The notes beneath the pieces were generated by a model that was given only the letters and a program-made list of their open reading frames with translations, had not been told where the DNA came from and did not search any database. 64,000 bases of DNA from Glycera tridactyla (Eukaryota), in NCBI GenBank assembly GCA_965644265.1, contig OZ286462.1, positions 27,528,001-27,592,000 on the forward strand, in the 5' to 3' direction. Numbering within the stretch: position 1 is the first letter of the stretch; each line of letters begins with the position of its first letter. Of the stretch, positions 43,584 through 54,243 are shown piece by piece. A program made the translations under genes and the position numbers.

Positions 43584-45399
43584 CAATTGGAAATATCCCG
43601 AAACAAGGTCCTGTGCACCACTGGCATGCGTTCCAAAGTTGAAGATTATGCACCAATAACATTTGGACAGAAATGGGCATGCGCTGGAACAAGTTAAGTT
43701 CAACAATGCCTTTCAATTTGTGGCATAAATTAATATTCATATCATGTCAAAATGATCAATGACCTTGACTAATATTTTTCCTCATTATAAATTCAGGCTG
43801 AAATAGCGAGCCTTGTTTGTAATGGGCTGAATTAATAGGCAGTTAGACACTGTAAATAATTTCACCTATTGTAGTTCATCTCTCTAAATATTGAGCTTAT
43901 AGATTAGAGATTATGCTATTTGTACAATCTATATTCCAGCATCATCAATATCTGATTGCAAGCAACCAAATTGGACCTATTCACCCATACTATGTATTCC
44001 CTCTTTTGTAATCTTTTCTCTGTACCTTCATTCTGATGGGTGAGGCTGCACTCCATGGTCGATGGAAAAATATATTTCCTGAGTAAATTAACCCCAGTGC
44101 AACTATATGTGGGTATTTCTCTAAAAGTCCAACCATATTTTTGGAAATCTTTTGCTTTGTTTAATCTGTGTCTTCTGATTCTTTCAAACTTGGATTCATA
44201 ACTTCCATTAGGTGATCATAATTTTTGTACTGGTTCAATTCTTAAAACATCACCATTTACTCTAAAAAGTATCTGACTTGAACCCTCCAATCCAACTCCA
44301 GCAAACTTTTCAACTCAAATCTTCCATCCTATTCTTGGAATTTGATTTTTTTTTCTGAAAATTGATAACACTGTAGAAGTATATCCTTATATTGTTGATA
44401 CCTGAGAAAGTTGGTCTAATTGAATGTTAATACTTGATGTGCATACACACACCTGCTCGATTTAATCAATGTTCATTTCTGGAGAAGCCATTCAGACGGG
44501 GACAGCTGTCTCTCTTGTCATGCCTATGAATGTGTATTTGTTGGCCGACTACCGTGCGATGTTATGGCTTGCAAAATGACCAATCATGAGGGAGTCGGGG
44601 TAGTTCCCCCCGTGGAAGCCAGCCAGTCTCCCATGTCAGGTATCACGCAGAAGTTTCATGCACCCCCTTTGTGGTCGGTTCCACCTCATATGGCCCTAAT
44701 CAACGAATCACGTCCATTTCATAGTGGTTATGCTTTCACCTGGCATCTACCCAAGTATAATTTCCCATTCCACACACATTTCCAGACTACATTTGATAAT
44801 ATTCCTCAGCATCTTCTGCTAGGCTTGCAGTGTCTGGCTTCCTAGTAAGTTGGGCTATACTTGCCCTCAAAGTAAATGATAAATTTCCTGTCGTATGATT
44901 CGAATAAAAAAAGTTGGGCGCCAGAATGTATTAATAGGCCCAAGCCTCATTCAGCAGCCTTTCAATTCATCCCCCAATCTCTATTGTCATGATGTAATAT
45001 GTGAAGATGATGATGCACATAGCACATGCACCATCATCATCAATGAAATAGACACCCTGTGATTACATGCTTATTTCAGCCATCACGAAATAGCCTTCAC
45101 ACCTGCTCGAATTTGCAATACTTCGACTGGGTCGGCCATGGGACTAGTGAAGGCAATAGGATGCCCCAAAATTTCCCAAAATGTAATCAACTATCCATGA
45201 GCTTATCTCTATCTACTCTGATATGCATAATCTAGTCTGATTTCAACTCCTTTCGATCTTCAAATCTGTCAATCTTTTTCCTAACTTCTAAATATTTTCG
45301 GGATATTCAATGGCTCTCCAAGCTGTTTGGGCCAAAAATGATCCTGATTGTGAGTTCTACACATGATCATACAATCATGAATGTCTAGCCACTTTAAGA

Positions 45400-45579
45400 C
45401 AGTGATCTTGATGAATTGAAGCAAAATTTCCAGAAATATGGTTGCACTTTCTCACGCTACCCCAATATATTCTCAAAAGTATCTATCCCAAAACTCCCAA
45501 TCAGCTTTCAGCAATTGTGAATTGAACTTCTCACCCAATTTTCTGATCACCAAAATCTTTTGGAAAATTGGCACCACTG
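45400..45579. mobile_element. MITE family 2, 180 bp, flanks TTAAGA/ATAAGA
   Basis: CAGTGATC...GGAAAATTGGCACCACTG; core AAAAGTATCTATCCCAAAACTCCCA; flanks match at 5 of 6 positions. Confidence 0.75.
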
Positions 45580-46699
45580 ATAAGAAGACACAGATGTAAC
45601 AAAAATATAACAATTTTATTCTTTACAGCTGACAATGGTAATACAATAGCAGCATATCATCATACTATGCTTCAGATTTGTCATTTCACACAATATAATT
45701 ATGTAATACATGAGAAAGGTTGACAGATTTGTCAAATTCTACACAAATGTGTTGCTATGCAGGCATTGAAGGGTGGTTACGAGTTTCAATAAATAATTTC
45801 ACCCAACAATTGTACCTTATCTCAGTCACAATTGTACTTTAATTTCTGTCTAGACATAATCCATGACTTTTTAATGAAATTTGCTTGATGCAGGAATGCG
45901 ATCGCCTCACAAGGAGACTTCTACAGAAATTCTACAAAGCGACCATCTTTGCTAACTTTTTGAAAAATGCAACTGCCAACCAGGAGATAGAATGACACAA
46001 GCCCATCACATTGACACTTGTGACAAGCTGTCTTTCAAAATGAATGCAGGCCAGGTATTATGCATTAAAATAAAACAAGAATGATAATCAAGGTGGCAGT
46101 GGACACCATTCTGGAGCCATGTTGAGACAATATTTTGTGATTTTGAACAAAAAGGGAAATCGCCTTGGTAAAAGGTTATCAGACGAGTAATTTCCATAAC
46201 AAGCACAGAACTGTGTGATATGTAAAATGACCAGCATTTAGCCAACTTGCACAGCTGACCATTCCACAATACACAAGCGTCATCATGCCTGTCAAATACC
46301 CATTCATGTCAGTGAACAATCAATGACATGACAGAAAATATTTCTCAAGTGTGATGAACAATTTATCATTCAAGCAGACCTCGACAAGTTTTCGTTTAAT
46401 TATTCAGCATTAATCTTCCCAGTAATGAACACCTGGAAATCAGCCAGTGGCAATCAATGCTTTTTGCATGATCTTCATTTCCTCATGACTGGTGAAGATG
46501 AGTTCGAAAATGGCGACTGATTGTCGGATGTTTCAGTGCATGTCTATGGAATATTTGTGATGACTTGTGGGAGAGCTGTCAGGATGAGTACTACACCAAA
46601 GCCTCGCATTTGCCACTCGCTGAGGAGAGAGTTTGGATGGACTCTGAAAGCTTTCGATAAACCACTGCGTGTACCATGAAAATCTCATCTCTACACGAT

Positions 46700-46909
46700 C
46701 AGAGCTTCAGATTTCTGGTGGGCCTGGGCCCGTGGCCTACATTTTTGGCCCATTGATATGACCGTTTATGGGTCCGCTGGCTAAGCTTTTTTGTTGTTTT
46801 CAATGATTGATAACTGGTGGATGGCCCATCAATTTGAGTGAAGGCCCATGGCATTCCGAATTCATGTGCCATATGGGCCCAATGACCTGTCAGAAAATCT
46901 GTAGCCCAA
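46700..46909. mobile_element. MITE family 4 (single copy; hAT-like ends)
   Basis: Imperfect TIR CAGAGCTTCAGATTTCTG / CAGAAAATCTGTAGCCCAA with many internal GGCCC/GGGCC motifs. Confidence 0.5.
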
Positions 46910-46949
46910 GGTTTATAAGTGAATGTATGAACCAGAGCCGCAGAAAAGG

Positions 46950-47170
46950 CAGAGCTCTACGCTAATGGTTGCCCTACTGGCACAGGCAGGCAGATTTGCT
47001 GTTAGGGCAGGTGGTTTTATCAATCTGCCTGCCCTATGGGCAGGTATCCAATCATTATTTGGGCTATGATATATGCAGAAGGGCAGGTGAAAATGAAAGG
47101 GAAGGCAGGTAAAAATCTTACTTCACCTGCCCGAAGGACAGCTGAAGAAAAAAGTTAGCATAGAGCCCTG
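46950..47170. mobile_element. MITE family 3 (hAT-like ends CAG(A/G)GCTCTA...TAGAGCCCTG), 221 bp
   Basis: Imperfect 16-bp TIR CAGAGCTCTACGCTAA / TTAGCATAGAGCCCTG; repeated GGGCAGGT subterminal motif; second copy at 7724-7833. Superfamily is inferred from the ends only. Confidence 0.8.
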
Positions 47171-49067
47171 AAAGGACTTGCACTTGGAAGCAGAATTGCA
47201 CATAGCAAAGAGGCGGAGTTCGTAGCAACCCCTACCAACTGCCTGTGATGTCACAATGATGATGAATAATGAGACAGTTGAGCTTTGTGAATAATAAAGC
47301 ATGTGTTGCAAGCTTTACCAAGTTCTCAACATTTCACTATATGCATTTGCCATCATGATTACCAGGCAGTAGACAGACGTGATTACCAGTAATTAAGAGC
47401 CATGTCCTCCTGATGACTGGTCAGCCATGTTGTATTATAGCAAGAACATATGGCTGAGAAGTAAGAACACAATACCTAAGAGGCGTGGATATTGCTGGAT
47501 GTCACAGGCTAAAAGTCGAGTGTCATCCAACAAAATTCACACAGCGTTTGGTATTGTGTTTTCACCTCACGGCCATATATTCTTGCTTTTATCACATGGA
47601 TTTGGAGACAGATCATCAAAAGTAGTTCTCACCAAGCTGTGAAGTATCACATGCAATACTCAACACCTGATATTCCTGATGGTAGTGAACAAATGTACCT
47701 AATATCTAATCCAATTACGACCTCATAATATGTTGTGATATTCAAGGCGAGCTCATCAAACATTCCAAGTCAGATAATAATGTGCGAAGATATCTCATCT
47801 AAGTATCAAATACATGCCAATCAGAAATTGTGAAACTGATCCAAGTCTTTAAGAATCTTGCTCACATTAATATAAGACAGGAACATATTATGGCACAGTG
47901 GGATGGAAATCATAACATTCATTTGAAATTTGGAGTGTGCACACTTGTGTTGGGTAAACTCTCAATTTTTTTAATTGAGTTCCGAGTGTGTTGATTTGCA
48001 CTATTCATCTGAATCGGAGGGCACAGTGCCAAGGATGGCATCACAAAAGTGGCACATTTTTCCCATCATGCCAGCCAATTAAATGTGAAGACACAGGAGT
48101 GGGGTGGGGTGGGGCATGTGATAGTCAGCAATCATGCCACAAGTCTCGCATGATATCGAAGAATCCGGCCAACGGCCAACTCTACAACCTTCAGACCGTC
48201 CATCAAAATCTCCCAGTGACGTGCGATTATACTGAACATGTACCCATGATTAGCTCTCTGGGTGGTCAACAATGAGGTAAGACAGTCCTAAATCGATCGG
48301 TTTTTCTCAAGCAAAGGAGGGATTTTTATTCAGACTGGATAGGGATTCACTCTCAAACTTGCATCGGAACATACAAGATATATTCTAAATCGGATAAATT
48401 CTTCTAACAGGAGAGTGGTCTCTAGGTGTGGTCACCATGTTTTAACATGGGGATTATTCTCAAATGATAACTTTTCCAGATTGTGAAGGTGCCATTTCAA
48501 TGCATGCAGTAACTTAAAATGGCAGGGATGTTATTTATTTGATAGAAAGAATGGCAGTAAATGTACTGCTAGGGAGACTGTCATCGCACTGTCCAAATAA
48601 GTCCATCGTCTTTAATTGGCAGTCTCGACAAAAATGCACAACTGCGGACCACTCTGCAAGATGTTTGATAGCAGCGTATTGTGACCAGACAATGGCCGTT
48701 CTTGAGACGGAGCAATGCCGGGTACACAGAGGCATGCATCAAATGTTTGCGGGGAAAACAATCGGCATATTTGAGCTGGAGAACTTCCTCTGCGACACTG
48801 AATGTGATGGATTACTGGACTTATTGGTTTTTCGTGAATTAATTAAGTATCTTGCTGACAAATGCTTGACAGAAAGGAACAGGTGACGAAGAAGGGAACG
48901 AATTGAATTAGTGCATTTGTTTGCAGGGATGTGTACTGGGTCAGGGGTAAACAAACACAAAATAAGATACACCACTTCAGAGGTCAACCAAATCACAAAA
49001 AGAAATGATGAAATTTCCCTCACAAATTCTGATTTAGTCACCCAAATTGGTCTATGCCATTGATGTC

Positions 49068-49211
49068 AAAGAGATGTCAGTTGGAAATGTGGATGAATCT
49101 ACTGAAATGACCCCTGCATATTCTCAAATGTATCTTTTCTGAAACCTCCAGTGAGATTTCAGGCAATTTTTCTTTTTTTTGGGGGGGGGGGGGGGGAAAT
49201 TGGCACCACTG
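49068..49211. mobile_element. MITE family 2, shortened copy containing a G16 run
   Basis: CATTGATGTC...core CAAATGTATCTTTTCTGAAACCTCCA...GAAATTGGCACCACTG. Confidence 0.55.
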
Positions 49212-49806
49212 CTACTTTGGGTGTCAGACAATATACATCAGTCAGCCTAGTCTAAATAATATACTCTATTGACTCAAACAGATCATTTCATCCCAAAAAT
49301 TAACCGGTAAATCTTGCTACAGAGTATGGTACATGGCATTCATGACTTCTGGTTGGATTTCCATATACACGCCCTTCCAACCATTACACAGAATGGCAAT
49401 ATGAAATATAGTCAACCCTCATATTTTCATACATATCTGGATTCTATGTAGAAACTCTGTAAGATGAAAATATATGGTACAGACACAGACAGAGACAGAG
49501 ACATATCACATAGAAATGGGATTTGCTATCACATAATTATAAATCATACCCTGCTTTTTACAATGTGGGGTGAAAAATGGTTTGTTGACAAAAGTTTATG
49601 CCGGACAAGGACTGAAATAAATAGCCGAGTCTTCATCCATCCTTGACTTATTTTCAACCACCCAGAATCAATGTCAATCATGGATGACCTGACATCTGGA
49701 GGGTGATAAGAAATTTGCAGAATTTTCAAACCCAGAGATTTCTCACATTGGGATGTGATGGGATTTGATGACAGTTCCAGGAGGCTTCATATCAGGTAAT
49801 TGTCCC

Positions 49807-49903
49807 TGTATGGCAGTTCAAAGTTCTTGGCACCATTTCGTCACAATCCTAAATGTCTTTGTATGGCAGTTCAACATTTTTGGCATCGTTTTGTCACAAT
49901 CCT
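49807..49903. repeat. Tandem duplication, period 53 bp
   Basis: TGTATGGCAGTTCAA at 49807 and 49860; both units contain TTGGCA and GTCACAATCCTA. Confidence 0.85.
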
Positions 49904-50099
49904 ATTGATGACTTTCTCACACCAAGAAATCTTTTGGTTCAAACCCTGCATTCATGTAAAAAATCATATACAACTCTCATGAGACACCCCATCTCTCTCT
50001 CACACAACACAAAGTACTCCTAGATCTCCTAGCAGTGAAAATGATTGAAATCTGACATAGGAGAACACTTGTTAGAGCGATGCTGATTTATCCAAAAAA

Positions 50100-50109
50100 T
50101 ACCTACCTG
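50100..50109 (-). other. 5' splice donor ending the protocadherin exon (phase 0)
   Basis: Minus strand CAG|GTAGGTA at the end of codon 880 (...SDNVQ|). The residues after it (VGIFWINQ...) look intron-derived. Confidence 0.85.
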
Positions 50110-52746
50110 AACATTATCAGAAGCTGGCGATGAACTGTCAGAACTCGTATTAAAGTTTCCATCCTTTAATAATGCTGAGGCATCTTTTGCCTGTTCTCCA
50201 GCCTGCTTTTCATTATCCACACCACCACTACCATTCCAAACTTGTATGCCATTTGAATTGTACCGGTATTGTGGCGCCTTTGGGTAGGTCTTACGCACAA
50301 CTAAAATAATAGCAATTATTAGGATGAAGATGACAATCACAGATGCTACCACAAGTGAGATCACAATAGTCAAGTTGTGGGTTCCAATGAGAGAGCCCGA
50401 CTGGGACATCCCATGGTAGCCCAATGTTCGGTTCACCACAATATTCAGGCTTTTGTCCAGGCTTGAAAGCGGCGGGAAACCATTGTCTGTGACGCGAATC
50501 ACGAGTTCGAACGTGAGATCTGCATAATTCCACAGATCTTCATTTGTTATAAGTATGCCACTTGATGAATGCAAGTGGAAGATATTCTGTGCATTACCAT
50601 GCACGATAGTGTAAGATAATTGGGCATTAATGCCTTCGTCAAGATCATGAGCCTGTAAATATCCCAACTCCTCCTCACGTGGGGTTTGACTAGACACCTG
50701 GAGTGTGGAATTTTGAGAACTAGGAAAGTCGATGATCGGATTGTTGTCATTGTCATCGAGAACATTAATCGAAATAATAGCAGTTGAGCTCAGAGCTGGT
50801 GATGACTGGACATTGGTAGACATGACTACCAGCTGAAAGTTGGATTGTACTTCACGATCGAGAACAGCTGTTGTCCGGACACGGCCAGTTCTGGTATCAA
50901 CTGCAAACATTTGCGAAGCAGTGCTCGGGAATAGCGAGTATTCGAAATAATCATTTGGAGGCGAATCCAAATCTGAGGCAGATACGTTCCCGATCTCCAT
51001 GCCGATTTGCTGGTTCTCTCGAACAACCATTTGATAGACCATTTCAGTGAAGAGAGGTGGCTCATCATTGGTGTCTTGTATGGTGATCATGACAGTAGAT
51101 GTCGCTGAATAGGACGGCACACCGCCATCTTGTGCAATCACTCGGAATGAAAATTCCCACATTGTCTCGTAATCGAAAATAATTTTTGACTTGATATCGC
51201 CTGTTTGATGATCGATTCGGAAAAGATTGGCCATGTCGCCATCGAGCCAGTATGTCAGCTGAGCATTGACACCCGCATCCTCATCTGTAGCAGAGACGGT
51301 GAGCAACGGACTGTTGATGTTATTATTTTCAGGAATATACAAGGTGTATAAATCCTGCTGAAATATCGGTGGGTTGTCATTCTCATCCAGAATCTCCACT
51401 TCGATTGTTCTCGTCGACATCAATGGCTCAAGACCAAAGTCGAAACAGCTAATACGGAACTCATAAGTGTCTTGATACTCTCGGTCAAACTCCTGCGCAG
51501 TAATCACCTTGAACTGGTTGTCATTGAGAATCTCAAGCTGGAAGGCAGTGCTGTCTAACTGGCATTCAAACTCGCCATTCAATCCCGCATCAGGATCACT
51601 GACTGATACATGGGCAATGAAGGTGCCAATGCTGTCAAACTCAGAAACCTGAGGTTCCACTGCAGGTGGGAGAACATTGAACGTGATCTTAGGAGAGTTG
51701 TCGTTGATGTCTTCAACATTGACAATGACTGTCGTGAACGCTGGTTGCGAGTTAGCCCCATTATCATCGGCCATCACTAATAACTGATACACAGATGTGG
51801 TTTCGTAATTCAACATTTTCTTGAGAAAAATGCGACCTGTTGTGGGCTCAATGTCGAATGAATCCAGCACCGCATCACTGCCATCACCAAAGCTGTATGT
51901 GATCAAAGCATGAATTCCTTCATCAGCATCTGAGGCATGGACAGTAACGATAGTCGTATTGACGGGACTGTCCTCCGACACTGATACACTGTATATTGTA
52001 TTGTTACCGAAAGTCGGACTATTATCGTTATCATCCTGGACGGTGATTTCGACATCCAGATGGCCTTCATTTGGTGGATTACCGCCATCGTAAGCTACCA
52101 ATTCCAGCTGATAAGTCGAAACATCCTCCCGATCTAACGGATAACGAAGAACCAAATGAAGCCACATCACACCGTTGGGTAAATTTGTACTTTCCAACTC
52201 AAACTTACGAGTGTCACCAAGCAGTTCATAATGTTGTACACCGTATATCCCACTATCGGCATCCTCTGCCACCAGAAGACGAATCCGGGTGCCCACAGCA
52301 GCAGCTTCCGATATCACCAAATTCGTTGTTAACTGGCCAAACTGAGGTATGTTATCATTGACATCCAAGATCTTTATACTGATAGTGATGATTTCGAGAT
52401 CATTCGAAGGCGAAACGGCTCCACAGATGATGGTCTTGACACACTCGTCATTTGGCTCACATTCAACTTCACGGTCAATTAGCTGGTTACTTCGCAAAAT
52501 ACCTGTGTCCTGCTCGATGACAAAGAGTGGGTTCAGATCGGGATTTTCAGAATCAGAAAGTATGGAGTAGGTCAGAAGAGGAAGTACTGCACTGCCATAT
52601 TTACTCAAAAGATCTGCATCATTGGGAACATTTCCGATAACAATTCCGCCAGGCTGCTCCTCCTGGACCTCATACTCAAGCAAAGTCACGAATCCAAAAC
52701 ACAGAAAGAGCACTGTGACCTTCACTGAAAGATGTCTTGCCTCCAT
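50107..52746 (-). CDS. PCDH: Protocadherin (7 cadherin repeats, delta-type), large coding exon: signal peptide + EC1-EC7 + TM + start of cytoplasmic tail; 880 codons to the donor (unspliced ORF runs to the stop at 50029, 905 aa)
   Basis: Hydrophobic N-terminus (MEARHLSVKVTVLFLCFGFVTL), then protocadherin-type EC1 start YEVQEEQPGGIVIGNV. Seven repeats with xE, DxD, LDRE/DYE motifs and six linkers (DVNDN, DDNDN, DINDN, DENDN, DTNDE, DDNDN). EC1 has C-x5-C (CEPNDEC). TM helix IVISLVVASVIVIFILIIAIILVV followed by RK. ATG context ACTATGG. Symbol is family-level only; orthologue not assignable. Confidence 0.97.
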
Positions 52747-52776
52747 AGTGATGTTGATGCAGATACAAAACGATCG

Positions 52777-52851
52777 TCAAACTGTGGCCCGGATGAGCAT
52801 TATCTCATTTGTTGAAATGAACGGCTAGATCCTCCAGTCTCGTGATTTCAT
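52777..52851 (-). promoter_or_regulatory. Three upstream ORFs in the protocadherin leader: MKSRDWRI* (52851-52825), MR* (52808-52800), MLIRATV* (52800-52777)
   Basis: Read directly from the minus strand between the acceptor (52855) and the main ATG (52746). Function is inferred. Confidence 0.6.
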
Positions 52852-52855
52852 TTTC

Positions 52856-52880
52856 CTGTAAACAGACAGAAAGAAAAACT
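52856..52880 (-). other. 3' splice acceptor of the protocadherin exon (exon starts at 52855)
   Basis: Minus strand reads GTTTTTCTTTCTGTCTGTTTACAG|GAAAATG: long pyrimidine tract plus CAG, 109 nt upstream of the ATG. Implies an upstream 5'-UTR exon. Confidence 0.85.
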
Positions 52881-53958
52881 GTATGAGAAGTAGAATTTAA
52901 TCTCAAAGTGGAGGCAAACCCAAATGTCTGGATTATCATTCATTGTAGAAAAACATGAGAGACACTGCAAACAGTTTTTTGTCTTCATTGAATGACAAAG
53001 TGTGAGTTCATATTCAGCAACCTACAAATTAAAGTGAGCAATCAGTACTGGTACCCAATACCAGTGGATAACAAGAAACCATATGCCGCTACAACACATC
53101 ATTCTATATAAGTTTAAAAGCAAAAAATGCCTTCCAAAAAACCATGGGATGCATTCTGAATCAGCATTGCTCTCGAAATTGTGGAAGGATATGCTGACCG
53201 ATGTCTGAAGAATGATTACAGGAGATTACAATTTCGAAGATGTTAAAATGGCCCAGAGTATTTGCCCCCTGTATCTTCCTGAATGTTTTTTTCAGCTTCC
53301 GATATCAATCCAATAACCTAAATTGAATCCCCATCCTATGTGAGACACAAAGCCCTACAACTTGTTGGCTTCCACTAAAGTTAATGGACCCCTGTGAAAC
53401 ACCATTAGCAAATTGACTCCCGTAGTGGTGAAAAGAAAATCCATACACATTGAAGTTACTCAGCATCTCGAAGAACTGGGAGGCTTCAAAGCTTATGGAT
53501 TCAGGGAGATAGAAAAAATGGACATTGTATGCAAATGATCATGTATGGAAGGTCATGTCAAGATCCAGCCAGATCTATTTTCCATCAGTGGAAGCCAGCT
53601 TAATGCGGAGTTGGCTGGTAGAAGGGGCACCTTGGAAGGCTTTGCTGCATGTTGACATACAGAATCAAAATACTAAATCCAGCATCATGACCACACGGGA
53701 GCCGTGCCAGGTCATGCCAGCTCGACACTCGCATTGACGCTGGTGTTAACCACATTCTGCGAATGAAGGATAAATGCACAAATCTGTGTTTACACACTGT
53801 CCTCTGGTGACCACTGAATCAAGTCCACTTTTGTCCACCTCATATAAGGTAGAGAATTAGCAGCTACGGACAATGCATAAAGAAGCCCTCATTCCATAGA
53901 ATTTCAACCTAGGATTCTATTCCTACAGATTTGTTCTTCGCCAGAGTCACCATCATGG

Positions 53959-54017
53959 ATCTCTCGCTCTCTTCCTCCTTCCCTCTCCCCCCCCCCCTCT
54001 CTCTCTCTCTCTCTTCT
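53959..54017. repeat. Homopyrimidine (CT)n/Cn tract
   Basis: CTCTCGCTCTCTTCCTCCTTCCCTCT-C11-TCTCTCTCTCTCTCTCTTCT; reads (GA)n on the protocadherin sense strand. Confidence 0.9.
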
Positions 54018-54226
54018 AGTATCATGGCTGAAAATCATTTAATGCTGATATGCAGAGAATGGATTTATTTTGAAGTGATTGAGAAGCTTGTGACATGAAA
54101 GCAAAATGGGGCTGTGGTTGTGATAGCATAAAAGATGGATTTGTGGCAAGAAACCGTCTGTCATGACCTTGTCAATTTGTGCAAGGCCTTCTGTTCCGAT
54201 CTCTCCACCTCTCCGACCAGAGAGGA

Positions 54227-54243
54227 CCTGCCATCTAGTGGCG
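54227..54243 (-). promoter_or_regulatory. Candidate CTCF binding site
   Basis: Minus strand CGCCACTAGATGGCAGG matches all 13 positions of the CCASYAGRKGGCR core consensus. It is the only full match I found on either strand. Binding is not demonstrated. Confidence 0.6.

Noticed and set aside
50291-52828. Short ORFs overlapping the protocadherin exon in other frames or on the plus strand
   Set aside because: Shadows of a long stop-free coding region; no recognisable domains.
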